NCBI RefSeq assembly: GCF_003704095.1
Contig: NW_020847187.1
Span: 248,001 to 312,000, forward strand
Direction: 5' to 3'
Source: Pocillopora damicornis
Lineage: Eukaryota
DNA: 64,000 nucleotides
Made by a program: the position numbers and the translations under genes. This document shows positions 25,301 through 37,900 of the stretch, piece by piece. Every line of letters begins with the position of its first letter. Positions within the stretch are counted from its first letter, which is position 1. The notes below the pieces were generated by a model that worked only from the letters and a program-made list of their open reading frames with translations, was not told where the DNA came from and ran no database searches.

Positions 25301-25613
25301 ATTTCCTTTATTCTCATGACCTTAATGTGTGATTTAGGGCTGATATTGTAGGGAGAAATTAGATGCTAGTTACTTTTAGGGGTTAAAGGGTTAAGAAATC
25401 ACTTTTAATTAGTCTACTTCTGCCAACAATATTATTCTAGAATCATTTAAAGGGCACTTTGGTCCTGTGCACTGTGTGAGATATTCCCCTGATGGTGAGC
25501 TGTATGCATCTGGGTCTGAAGATGGAACACTGCGACTTTGGCAGCACACTGTGGGCAAGACCTATGGGTTGTGGCGAGCTGTTAACAATCATGGTGTCTC
25601 TACTGAAACCTGA
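19394..25613 (+). CDS. STRAP: Serine-threonine kinase receptor-associated protein (UNRIP), WD40 repeat protein, 8 exons
   Basis: Exons 19394-19502, 21096-21231, 22176-22257, 23129-23201, 23379-23478, 23870-24007, 24740-24876, 25441-25613. Translation includes [43 protein letters not shown] and [42 protein letters not shown], which are diagnostic STRAP segments. Confidence 0.97.
20145..20497. mobile_element. Two abutting piggyBac-like MITEs sharing one TTAA
   Basis: The junction gggagtttaagggTTAAccctttcacccc (TTAA at 20289-20292) joins the end of one copy to the start of the next. Confidence 0.78.
22297..22477. mobile_element. piggyBac-like MITE copy (internally deleted)
   Basis: ggagaaattctgttttggtcactcacggaagttgaagggttaa matches the right end of the 52674 copy. 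Confidence 0.65.
22675..22886. mobile_element. TTAA-flanked piggyBac-like MITE (about 210 bp), STRAP intron
   Basis: TTAA|CCCTTTAACTCC ... GGAGTTAAAGGG|TTAA termini; internal sequence shared with the copies at 9068 and 52674. Confidence 0.85.
24299..24727. mobile_element. MITE with about 23-bp terminal inverted repeats (CAGT termini, Tc1/mariner-like)
   Basis: cagttgaacctgtacttagtggtc versus gaccacttaatacaggatgactg (reverse complement cagtcatcctgtattaagtggtc); preceded by TA. Confidence 0.6.
25183..25394. mobile_element. TTAA-flanked piggyBac-like MITE, second subfamily
   Basis: TTAA|CCCTTGACACCCC ... GGGGTTAAAGGG|TTAA; related to 20289-20497, 30477-30684 and 51898-52110. Confidence 0.8.
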
Positions 25614-27251
25614 TAAAAATAAGCCAGTCATTGTATTAAGTTAAAGGTAATAGGATCTTTTGGCTTCATGTCTGATGAAATCTACTTCCAAGCAATTTTG
25701 CTTTAAACTTATTATTTGTTTGGAAGATACATATTATGATTATTTGCATGGTTTTAACAAACTAGTTGATTTTAGAATAAGCATAGAAAGGTAAAGCACA
25801 AAGAATTGACAGAAATTGCCAGTTACTGATATCATCACTACTCCTTCTCAGGGTCTGTTCAGAGGTGTAAAATCAGCTGCAAGAAATAAGGAAAATGTTG
25901 GTTCCAGCTTTCTGAAACATGCGATTCTTTTTTCTATCTCACTGTATATATTGTTATTAAAAAAAAACCACTATCACTGGAAGTGTAATTATAACATTGT
26001 ATAATATTATGTACTTTGTTAGATATAAGTGTATGAGCCCTTCTGAAAAATTCCATTATATTTATAGCCAAACTCATTTATCAATTGTCAAATATCAAAG
26101 ACTATCAATAGCTTTCTGCACTTCAATTTTAGTTCCAAAAAGTATAGTGTCTTGGGCTGGTTTTAATTTCTAATGCAAGTGTGAGGATGCAATGCAGCAT
26201 ACCAAAATTCATCACTAGGGTGCTGTTTTTGTAAGAGAAGAACAAATGCCCACTAAATATCAATTATCAAGCACAAGTTCCTCTTCTCCTTTTTTTAAAG
26301 TTATCTCTGCAGTTGAGATGAGACAGGCAATTTGAACAGAAGAATCTTATCAGTAATGGTATTTTCAGAATTGTCTCTTGCATGTTTCCTCAAACCATTG
26401 TTGGGTGTTCTAAACATTTATATTTAATTTTTGTTGTTGGGAAAATCTTGTGTTTAATATTAACTCTTATTTGAATATTAGATACTTGGAACCAACTAGT
26501 GTTTTTTTGGAGGTATGGTGTTGATGAGAGACTTAGAGAATTTATTTACATGACCAGTCCTGGTTCTCCTTCCCTTTTAGCGCTGTGTTGGTTTCATACT
26601 GCATTTTGTACATTGTAATTCAAAACAGATCTTTTTTGTCACAACCACTAATTATTTCATGTTTAACATGGTTCCCTAGATGTATTTCTGTGATATTTTC
26701 CACAATGAAGTGATAGTATGATCCTAAAGATGTCGTGTGCAATGACAACCACTTGGGGGGAAAAACTGTGAAGCATAGTAACAGCAGCTGTTGTCATAGA
26801 GTTTTAGTAAATTAGCGCACTGTTAAAAGTAAATTTAAATTGCAAAGCATTCCTTGCTGAGCACTTTTTTTGACCAAGATCTCTTGCTTGAAAAATTAGC
26901 TTTTAAAAACTCTTGTTTAAAATAATTGTTATGTTTATATATGATAAGATAAAGTAATGAAATGAAACAATAGTTTACTTGAAGTCTTGCTTGTATATTT
27001 ATTTGTTTATTCAAACTCCTTTCACAGGTAAAAGTTTAAATGGGAAGAGTAGAATTAATTATGTACAAGAGTCCCTTATAATCCCAGTGGTACACATCCA
27101 ACATAATATAAAACTTTATGTGGAGAGCCTGTGATCGAATACTGTAATATGTTGATTTTGGACTCTTCCCCTTCTAATCAATATCTACTAAATAAAAAAA
27201 AAGTATGGGGGCATGTGTCATTATTTGAAACATTTTCATGTATTCTTGACC

Positions 27252-30200
27252 CTAGTTATCAGAATCCTCACTATTACTACTGTAGTTCCCTAACAATCCA
27301 AGTGATGATTCATTTGTTCCAGCTCTATTAACATCTTCTCTCTCAACAGTGTCTTTGTGAGAATTTTGTATCACATCCCTCTTTTCAGAGGAGGTAGTTC
27401 CTGGCTTTACCACTGCTTTTCCTGCAGCTTTTAGTTCTTTAGCTTTGTCCTTGTTGACTTTTACTAATGATGACAGTAGTGATTTGTTCTGCATTTTCCC
27501 AATGCTAACATTACTTGAGGTCTTTTGTTTTTTCTGAGCTGGTTGAGATGTGTGGGAGACATCCTGAAGACAAATTGAAATTTTAAAAAAAAATTCAATC
27601 AGAAAATTAAAGTCAGGAAAGAACACAATGACTTTTGACTTTTACATCATGCTCAGTTTCTAGTTCCATAATTTAACAAAATAATTACAATCAGGTGGGA
27701 GATGTGTTTTCAAGTTAAAAAAAAAAAAGGTGTGCTGTCTTGGCATTTTCACCTAGTTATAACAAGTAGAATACCCAGTGTTCCAAACTTTTTAAAGCCA
27801 ATCAAATTGTTCCATTTGCTCTGAAAAAAGGCCAATGAACGAAACATCAGCTTTGAAACTCTTGATGGTGGCCAATTTACAGGTACATTATCAGCTCAGT
27901 TGATAAAACAAGAAGTATCTTATTCCACTGATTACTTGACACATGTTCATTGGTATCCTAGAACTCCAAGTTCTCATTGCAAATTACTGTATAATTTATC
28001 TTTTCACAAACATGAACTTTTAGTACAGTACTAAAGTGTGCATCATTGAAAATTGCATTTTACATTCCCTAATTGCTCAATGTTGCATGCCTCTTTAAGG
28101 GAGAATGTGCAGTTTCAAAAGAAATGGTTCTGTAATGTAATTGGCTCTGTACCTCAGAGTTCACATGTTACTGAAAGATGCAGTGAGAGAGCACTTACCT
28201 CTGCCAAAATGTCTGTGGCTTTTCTTTTCTCAGTTCTTCCTGTTGACTTCTGTTCTCCTTCCTCTTCATCATCATCGCTTTCATCATCCAATCTTCTCTG
28301 GATCTTCTGGTTACCAAATATGGATCTAAAATTTTTTTTTTCAAGCATTTAAGTTAGTGTATTTAGATCAAACTATAGACCAGCTCCTGCATTGTACCAT
28401 TCTACTGGGATAAGGAGGTGGAATTTATTGTATATGAGGTCAATTCAAAGCTTTTATTCCCTTAAAATCTTTCACTTCTTCCAGTTTTTGTTACACTCAG
28501 AGAAAAGTGAAGTTACCAGTATTTATTAACCGGCATTATTTAACAGTCAAGAACTAATGATGGACCCTGGGGTACTTGTTCTAAGAGTCAAAATGTAAGT
28601 TGCTCTGTGTTGGTAATAGTGGCCAGAAACTTAAGTACAGCAACAGGAACTGCACCTTCAAGTTGACTAAAATTTCATCCTTGAATACAACTGATTTTTG
28701 TTAAAGCAGTGGGAACAAGCTGTGGTTGGAATCCTCGCAAGGTAGTCATTATTGTCCACCTTCCATCCTTGTGACAAATTTTAGTCAATCAATCTTTTGT
28801 GCTTTGACATTAAATGTTAATTTAAATCAACCCAAGCTGTGCTTACTGGACTAACTGCTCATCCTCCTCCTCTTCTTTGGCTCGCATCTCTTCTGCTGCC
28901 TTTGCATTCAGCTCCAACAAGGTATCGTAATCAACTACAAAACAAGAAGAAAGTTCTTTGTCAGGCTGCCATTGTTCAAAGGGTGGATAATGGAATCCAC
29001 TAAACCAATCTCTATCCATTGGATAGTGCAGTGTCATATGTTAACTGTCATATATCTGCTGGATACCAGTAGTGATTCAACCTTGGCATAGCATGGCCCG
29101 CTCTGTCAACAGGATTCGTATCCTTTTTCAGAGACAAATTTCAAGGACTTTTCAAAGGCTTTTTCAGGACTCTGATTTATTTTTCCATGACTCAAAATTT
29201 CACCTTGAACCCTTCATACCAAGATTTTAAAATCAATTCTCCTTATGACCTACACTGCAATTCATATAACATAAATTTTGAAAACTTTATTTCTTGAGTT
29301 AAGCAGATTTCAAGGACTTTCCAGGATCTGTACTCTTTTTCCATTCCAGTCCTGGAAAATGTCAAAATAAAATTCCAGGACATTCCGGGTTTTCCAGGAC
29401 CAGTGCAAACCCTGTTTGAACAACTGGCCCAGATAACTACAACTTGGAGAGAAACCTGACAGTCTAAATCAGAATTACATGTCTTGGTTTAGAAAAGCAG
29501 AGCAGAAACATCTTATACCCAGACAACTGATTCCAGTATCCTTGTGGTCTGAATGGTCACTTTTGGAAGGGACCAAGTTTATTTCTACAGGTATAGGCAT
29601 TGTAGACACCCAAGAATGTAATTCTACAAAATTGAGAGGTAACTGTAATTCATTGTGTGGTTTCCTTGCAATTAAACTCAGCACATACCATTAGCAAGCC
29701 TTGTGTTCAGATCCCGCAACTCTTCTAACTTTTCTAAAATGTCCATCTCTTGTTTGGACTCTTTTGTTCTCTTCTCCAAGGCCTGAAAGATGTAAAGACA
29801 TGTACATATAGCACAGATTGAAGATAATTTCTATAATCATGTTTCTTTAGTAACAGAAACCATCAAGCAAATGAGGGCATCCTAAAAAATGTTTTTATCT
29901 TACTTCTGGGCTCCATGCATAGGCACTTTTTCCCAAATGGTCACTGAAGGGTGATATCTCAGAATTCAAACAATTTCACACTAAATTCTTGTAAAATTCA
30001 AAATAACTCTCTATAACCTTGACCACCTCAGGACCTAAATAATGTTTTCAAGCCCAGTGATGAAGAAACTGGTGTGAAAAAAATGTGAAAATAGCTGTTC
30101 AATAAATATATTTCTCCCTTTATTGTTCTCAGACTATTTGGGACCTGTAATCAAATTTCTTGACTTTCCATGTCTGGAAAATCACATTAAATTCCACAGA

Positions 30201-33094
30201 TTTCTTAGTTTTCCCAGACCCACTAAATACTATTTTTGGACAGGATAAAAAACAAAGGGATTGTCACAACAATACTTTTTGTATTAGAAACTTCAGTTTT
30301 TGTTGTTTTTGTGACACCTGTAAATAATTTTTTGTTGAGCATTGAAGAAATCCAAGATTACATGACTTTGTCTCAGTATTTCTGTGACTGTGATGAACCA
30401 TCCTCTGATATGCCAATCAGGCTATAACTCAATCACAACTTGGCTATAAGCACTTTCCCATTCTTTAGCATTTTTCTAAACCTTTTACACCATCAGTTCA
30501 ATATGCATATTCTCCATACAGCTTCATACACATTTCCTATGGTACCGACAAGGAGAATTTGTTTGACAATCGCAAGCTTTTTTTTAGACTACCATCATTT
30601 TCCTTACTCTCATGACCATACTGTTTGATTCAGCAGTGATGCTGTAAGAAGAAATTTGATTCCAGTCACTCTTCAGGATTTAAGTGTCGTGTTTTATTGG
30701 AACCTCCTTTATTAAATTCATTTAATCAAAACCTTCATAACAGTCAAACCTTCATTGGATTGTTTTGCTCTTCTTCTTCCTCTTCCTTTTGTTTTCTGTT
30801 CTCTTCATCTTCCATTAGCTTCTGAGCTTGGAAGTTCCTTGTTGCTCCATTCTCACAAACATAATCAGTGTTTTCAGGATCTGTCTACACAAATTGGACA
30901 AGAACGCAAAAATGTACATCATAATTACACCTAATTATGCAAAAACTTCACCACAAATTGGACAATAAGGTTGGGAATTTGCAAATATAATTGTACCCTG
31001 AGGTTGAAATTCAACTAATAAATAATANNNNNNNNNNNNNNNNNNNNNNNNNNNNNNNNNNNNNNNNNNNNNNNNNNNNNNNNNNNNNNNNNNNNNNNNN
31101 NNNNNNNNNNNNNNNNNNNNNNNNNNNTAACTTTTACCTTAAAAGTTATCTCTGATATACATCTTGGGCATCTAATATAGAATCGAAATTTCAGAAGTCC
31201 AAGGTATGTGTCATTTTGTACTGTTTCCTGCAACAAGGACATGTGCATGTTATACATGTGAATGACAGCAACTATTCGACTGACAACAATAATATTATTT
31301 TCTTGACTCTGATCATGACTTTTGCTCAGGTTGTTGGACAATCAGACTACACTTTCAAATGGTGTATTAGACAAAGGAAAAAGCTACATTACCAGCCACC
31401 ATTAGGAATATTATGAGCCTCTTCAAGCCTATTCATTTGTAACTTTTTCCATGACATTTGAGAGTATTTGTAACTTCTACCTAACTTATCTTTTGTTGCA
31501 AAAATATCATATTCTCTTAATTGCTTGATGTACACAATTTTTATAGTTTTGTAACAGACATGACTGGAAATGCTTTTAAGACAATCATTGTGCATATGTG
31601 ATGCAGTTTCACAGCTTCATCAGCTAATAAACTTGGACTGAAGTGCTATAGCAAAGCACCTTTAAACAACCGGATATCACTTTCCATGTGCTCACCTTTC
31701 TTGCATTAAACTTCTTTCCCTTGTAAATATACTCTCCACAAGTTGTACACCTAAAAACAAAGTTACATACAAAGCTAAATACTATTGTCAATGTTGTGAC
31801 ATATTGATATTTCCCCGTAGTGGTCAGTTGTATTAAGTTCTGTAGTTCATTCAATTAAACTGCTTTGTTCTTGTTATAAACTGCTTGTTTTGAGGTACAT
31901 TAACAAAACAACTTCTTAGTACAATTTTGACATGAATATTGAAGCTGTGACCTAACAAAGAAGCTCCCCTTCATACTCTGCCAAATTATCAAATATCTTG
32001 TTGATCTACGTGTACCATTTACACTTGTTTCAGACTCTCTAGGAGCCATAAAAGTGATACAGATCTGTTTCATGGACTGGGTTGTTTTCATGTCTCAAAT
32101 TTTTTTACCATTGATTATTCAGAAGCAACATTTACAAATTAATACAAAAATGACCTAAAGTTGTTGGTAAAGACTGAGATAAAAGATTCACAAGACAACT
32201 TTTAGGATTAAAAGGCGAAGGAGGGGAGGAAGTGAGTGCAAATCAAACATCTCCACAATTCAGAATTCCAGAGATTGGCATCTCTCTTTGATTGGCGTGC
32301 TTTCAAAAACCTACCTCATGTTAAAAGGAGCCATAAGTCTCACAACATATTGACGATCTCTAGAAAGTCCCAACTTAGGGATTTTAGAGGCATCAAAATC
32401 TGGAGGATAATATTTCTATAGGATAAAAAAAAGAGATGAATTTTAATACTCTCTTAGATATATAAACAAATAGAAGGTAAGGTTTCTGTATACTATACTA
32501 GCCCTATGCTATTTTAAAACAAAGCCTCGGTCTAAAAGGCAATCTAAAATTTCCACTGCTATTTTCTTTAATCAAAAAACAGTATGGGGGTATACCAAAA
32601 TCTTGTCTAGTAACATTTTATACAATTAATTTTTTCTTATTAGTCAGGCACTGATCACGTCATTTAATATATATAGATAAGAAACAGGAAGTTGAAAACA
32701 GAACACAATCAGAAATAAATTATTCCACAAATCACAGTTATTTTAGTACAAAGTAATATAAAGAAAATACATTGACCAGTAGCGAGAAAGACCTTCAATG
32801 AAAGATAGACTAGAAAATATCCTCGAAAAAAAAATTCGTATATGCATAGTCTACAATCATGCACTTTCAGGAAGTTGAATAATCAAATAACCCAGGTCAT
32901 ATAAATTAGTGAGCTTAGCTGAGGCAAGGTTATCAGGTCACCTAGCTTATTTCATTCCGTAATTACGTCATTATCGACTATCTTAGAATATGTTCTCAAT
33001 ATTTCAGGTAATAATAAAAAATTGCTTCATCATATTGCCAGGAAGGGCCGTAAAATCAAATCCTACTTACGTTGAGAACCTTACGTTCCGACAT
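27252..33094 (-). CDS. YJU2: Splicing factor YJU2 (CCDC94/Cwc16), 9 exons
   Basis: Exons 33071-33094, 32315-32415, 31696-31750, 31138-31227, 30750-30884, 29689-29782, 28847-28934, 28199-28325, 27252-27563. [70 protein letters not shown] (zinc-binding CxxC pairs), ending [17 protein letters not shown]. Confidence 0.97.
27819..27920 (+). repeat. Penelope-like retroelement terminal fragment (degenerate); second copy inverted at about 54965-55048
   Basis: ctctgaaaaaaggccaatgaacgaaacatcagcttt...ggtggccaatttac...attatcagctcagttgataaaac; reverse-complement-related sequence at 54965-55048. Family assignment is from recall of the consensus. Confidence 0.5.
28964..29432. mobile_element. Nested MITEs: a CAGG(G/A)TT-terminal element (about 29110-29414) inside a ttgttcaaa...ttgaacaa-terminal element
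   Basis: Outer ends ccattgttcaaa / tttgaacaactgg; inner ends caggattcgtat / gtgcaaaccctg, with internal ttt(c)caggac repeats. Confidence 0.6.
30477..30684. mobile_element. piggyBac-like MITE copy (degenerate), YJU2 intron
   Basis: taaaccttttacac ... gcatattctccatac ... gacaaggagaatttgttt; colinear with 25183-25394. Confidence 0.65.
31028..31127. other. Assembly gap (100 N) within a YJU2 intron
   Basis: N-run; the flanking exons join as ITFK|TDPEN. Confidence 0.99.
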
Positions 33095-33560
33095 CTTGTA
33101 TTTCTTCTGCTCCTTCTGAGCGGTCACCAAGCTTTCCCATAATTCAAAGCAATTTTGAAGCTTTTATATAAAAAGAAGGAAAAGGTCGGAGAACAGAATA
33201 ATTTATTGGCTCTGATGTTTTGACAGCTGGGAAAATCAGCTATGTAGAGGGAATCGTGATTATTATCCGAATGTTGAGCGACCGAAGCCTTCTCGTAAAA
33301 AAAAAATTGCGATCATCTGCTGAAGTTGGAGGGGACAAGTATTAAAGCAAAGCTGCCGTATTCATTCAATCGAACCGGGTGCAGTCTTCATCGAAAATCT
33401 TCTTGGTGGCTATTTTGACTTTCATAGCTTCATCTTACGCTAATAACTGACCCCCCAGTCTTTCAGTTTGCTGCATGCAAATGATGGAAATTGTGGATAT
33501 GTGGCCCAACCGACGTCTGCTATAATGGATCGGAGTTGTCATTCACTTAAGTAATATATA
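33095..33560. promoter_or_regulatory. Probable bidirectional promoter region between YJU2 and the adaptor gene
   Basis: Head-to-head arrangement; CpG-retaining segment between CpG-depleted gene bodies. The adaptor start exon is preceded by an acceptor (ttacag, 34905), implying an upstream non-coding exon. Confidence 0.5.
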
Positions 33561-34941
33561 CGCTCGATCTGCGTGCCATCAAGTCAACCGTTTCTGCGAG
33601 AGCAAAGAGCAAGAATTATAGACCTAGTGACTTCTCTTTGTCGTTATACTGACAATAGATTCATCACGTTTACTGTTGTGGGCATTGTCTGGGGGAAGAA
33701 TCGTTTCGAACTTTGGACGTCAAACAGAATGAGAGGCGAGTATTGTTTTGTGTGTATGCTATAACTACTGAAATTCATGTCTGTGGTTCGCTTAGTTACA
33801 GTGAACTGTTTTGCGATATTTCAACGAACGCGGTGACTAATTATTGAACTTTGACGACATAGTAAAGCTTCTAATCAGCAGGAAGCAAGGGAAGTAATTT
33901 AAATTATACTAACATGCCATGTTATTGAAAATTTGAAAATTGTTTGGGCTGTAAAATATCCACTTAAATACCGAGTAGTTGTCCTTTTCATGCCGCAAGT
34001 TGTGCGTGATAAAATTTTTTTCTCGTTAGATTAGTTCCAAAATTCGCACTTCCTTGCGGTTTTGCATCAAATTTCCTAAAACCACGCGATCACTTTCAGT
34101 CTTACGGAAGTGCAAAATTAAGGTCAGCTCTTTCAGCTGATATTTTGTAATGCATTCTACCTCTTCATGACAGAATCCTGCATTGCCGTTCCAAACAGAT
34201 ATTAGAAGATTTTCATTTCACAGACTTGCATGTGGTCATTGATAAATGCACCTTGAATATAACTATTGGAAATGGTAATCACGTCATGTTGCTGCTGTTT
34301 GAATGAAATTCACGTCCAGCTTCGGAGTATAGGACGGAAAGAAATACAAATGATATTTAGAAACTCTTGAGAAATTGAATATGATGCTTTCGCGCCGATG
34401 TCATGCTCGAACATACTGGACTAGATATTGATTGTTTTGTTTTGGTTCGAAATCCGTTCAATTTTTCCCCTGACACATCGCGGGTGAAAACCAGTGAACC
34501 GTATCATCTCTTGAGAATGAAAGCTGTCTTCAAGAAGGAATGTTTAATCCTATTTAGTTCACGTCTGTCCGGCTTCCTTTTTTCATGCCTTACTAAGCAA
34601 CGAAATGATCAAATTCCGGTTTGTGCTGAAATCATTCCGTCATCTATTCAACAAAAATATTCATCAAATTTTTAACAGACATGGCAATTATTATTATTTC
34701 ATATTCTCAGCTGCATGATGTTACTTATGGAGGATAAGTCCTTATCACTGTTATTCCTTTCTTTCATTCTGGGTAACAATCTGCCTTTTATAATTGTGCC
34801 TTGTGTTTTCCTAGCCTGTGTGTTTACACCTCTTCAGATAATGAAATGAGTCAAATACCTTATTTGCCATTTCCTGAAATTCTCTTCTTTTTCTCCTTGT
34901 TACAGGAATTGGAAAAATACTGCATAGGTAACATAGTAGTC

Positions 34942-37900
34942 ATGGTTGATGTTAATAGCCAAGGGATTTTTGAAGCTGGAGACATTATTAAGTATGGTTA
35001 CATGAGGATTAAAAGACCACCATCTTCTACCAAAGTGCGAATTAAGGTGAGTGAAGTACAGAGGTTGTGTTCATAATAAGAACAGGCTCTCAAACGTGAG
35101 TCATCATCGCATTTGATGTAGCTGCGCTGTGTTTCTAGTTACAGATTGGTGTCATCATTTTCCAAGTTCTTGTAAAAGCAGAAAGACTCATGTATTGTAT
35201 ATTGGGCAATGTGCAGTGAGAGTTACCTTTTTCTCTGTGTTTACCAAACAATTTTATATAACAGAACCTGTCTGACACAGCCTTATGTAAAATTTATTTG
35301 AGATTTGGGAACCTTTGAGTTAGTACTCAGGACTTTGCCTTCCTGCAGGCAGTCTTTCTGTTATGGTCATGTGTCTGGAGACCTCTGGTATACTTCTAGA
35401 GATAATGAATAAGAATTTGCTCTTTTGTGCTTCTATATTCAGTGAATAGTTATCATTGACAAATTTATCTAGAGCTTGAGAGTGAGATTGCAAACAATCA
35501 ATTTCTGACTGAAAAGCTTTTACAATCAGTCTGAGAGAATGTCGAGTATTTTATAAAAGGTACATTTTTTTTCTGTGATTAGTTTCAGAGTGTTATTCAT
35601 GACAAATGTACACAATCTCTTATCTGATCTTCCAGTCTGAAGCATGCAACTGGCTCTTACGAATTAAGAATATAAGATTTAATAGCTAAGGGGGTCCCTT
35701 AGAGAATCACAATTTCTTATGTGTTTCAGAAGGTCTTAAGTATGAGTCAAAATCTTTTTTTCTTTTGAATATTTCCTTAAATCCTGAATAGTATGGAAAA
35801 AGAAGTTTATGAAAACTTTTATTAGTTGTTTAAGGGATGCACCCATCCTACAATCATTATTTATGATCATAGTTAGATAGCTTCCTTCCATCTTTATTCT
35901 CTTAGAGATGCTGGCAGAAATGCATTTTTAGTCTACATGAAAATATCAATACTTGATTGTACATGAACAAAATTTTCCCTGGACTAATAATTTGTCATAA
36001 CTGAACAGCACAATGTGAATGATTGGGATTGTTCTAAACTGGAAAACCCTGAGACAGCCATTCTTATTTAGAGAATCCCCCAGTTTTTTCTTTCTGCCAT
36101 ATCTTTCTTTCTCAGTTCTGTGAAAAAACAGAGATTGAGTGTAATGCAACAAACCATGCTTGAATTCATTGATGCGTCCAAAATGTTGGCCTGACTCCAA
36201 GATAAAGAAGCTATAAATTTTCTCTATCACCAATTTAATGTTTGATCTTTGTGATGTTCTTTACTTTCCCAACAACTGCTGCATAGTTAGCTTGAAATTT
36301 CAAGCAACAATCAAGAACTTAGTTGCTATAACTGTCGTAAGCTGTTTATGTTGAATGGTGATTCATTAATATTTGAAGTCATTCAATAGGAAAACTTTTC
36401 ATAACATTTCCCATTATACTTCCTTTGAGCTGCTCTGTGTAACCTTTCCTTACTGATTTTTGAAACTTAACAATCTTAAGTAAATGTGCATGTATATGCA
36501 ACTTACACCTATGCAGTATAAGAAATCAGCACTGGTCAAGAATGTTCTAGTTTATGTGACAGCTGTACAGTCTGTCATTATGCAAAATATCTTGTATAAT
36601 TATAGATTTTAACAAAAAAGAAAAATGTTGGGCCTTTACGTGAAGTTTACAGTTAATATGATTAAGTTACAATGCCAGAACTTGCCATGGAGAAGTTCAA
36701 AGGCACTCTCCTTGTGCTTCTTAAATTGCATTGTAAACCTTGTAACTGAAAGAAGATCATTATCAGTAATTCTCAACTCTCCCAGCAACCAAATGTTTGA
36801 ATTTACATATTTTTAAAATGTGCATCAAAGTGTGTACTTAAAGTGGGACAATTTTTAGTGGGTAGTTTCAAGTGGTTGTGAATTCTGAGATGAGTATTAT
36901 GTCATAACAATAATTCAGCTGTGAATTAGGATGATGTTGTGTGAAAGTAAAGTATCATTTGGTTACATAATAGCATATCTTGCTAAACTTTTGCATAATT
37001 TATATAATGACTCATCAGTGATGTTGTACTTTCACTATTGCTCTGTGTTTGTTTTATGCTTTTTTTTTTTTTCAAAACTTTACACAACAGACAGTTAAGA
37101 CAAGGCAGATAAGTTATAAACAATTGTAAATCAGACAATGCAGCTTTCACTGCCAAGTTAACACATTTCAGTACAGTGTAGCTGTGAAACCTGAGAGTAA
37201 AGAATTTAACAACCTAATAAAAACTACACTTCTCTAACTAGAAATTTTACACTGTTACACTTTTAGATTTTCCTTGGCACATTTGAACTGATTTTTATCA
37301 AAGAATTCAAGGGTATCACAGAATGCAAATTTGTATTCAATTACTTAATTATATCCTCTGGTTGGTGTGGTTCAGGAGTAGGTCTAGAAATTATTTAAAT
37401 CAGGCAAAAGTCAGGGAATTGCATTTTTCACTTTATTTTAACATGCACTTTGTGCAAACAAAATCAGACAAAAATTTTTGAAAAAACAGACTCCATAAGG
37501 TTGGGAGCTGACAAATTAGCTGTCTTTGACTTTTATGTTATTCCTGCTTTAATTTTTTTTGTTAGTGCTTTAACTCTTTCTAGAACTACTCTTAACACAA
37601 GTTCATCTTAAGTAAATGATTCAATCACTATTCCATAACCTAGTCCTTTCTTTTTCCCAGGCATGGCAATCAAAATTTTTTGTTTTGAGAGACAAGACAC
37701 ACAAATCCATTCAAAGGTTGGAATATTACAAAGATGAAACTGCATTTGGGTTTCAAAAATCAGTGGAGTATTCTTTTGGATTGGATAAAATTGCCTTCAT
37801 TGGTGAAACAAAAAGCTCAAAGTCCAATTCCTATCCATTAATGGTGCTGTGTAGTAAGCAGGGAGCCTTGACCTTGGCTTGTGATACAGAACAAGCTAGA

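Noticed and set aside
19394-33094. Adjacent STRAP and YJU2 as a functional splicing cluster
   Set aside because: Convergent orientation with no shared promoter; adjacency alone is not evidence.
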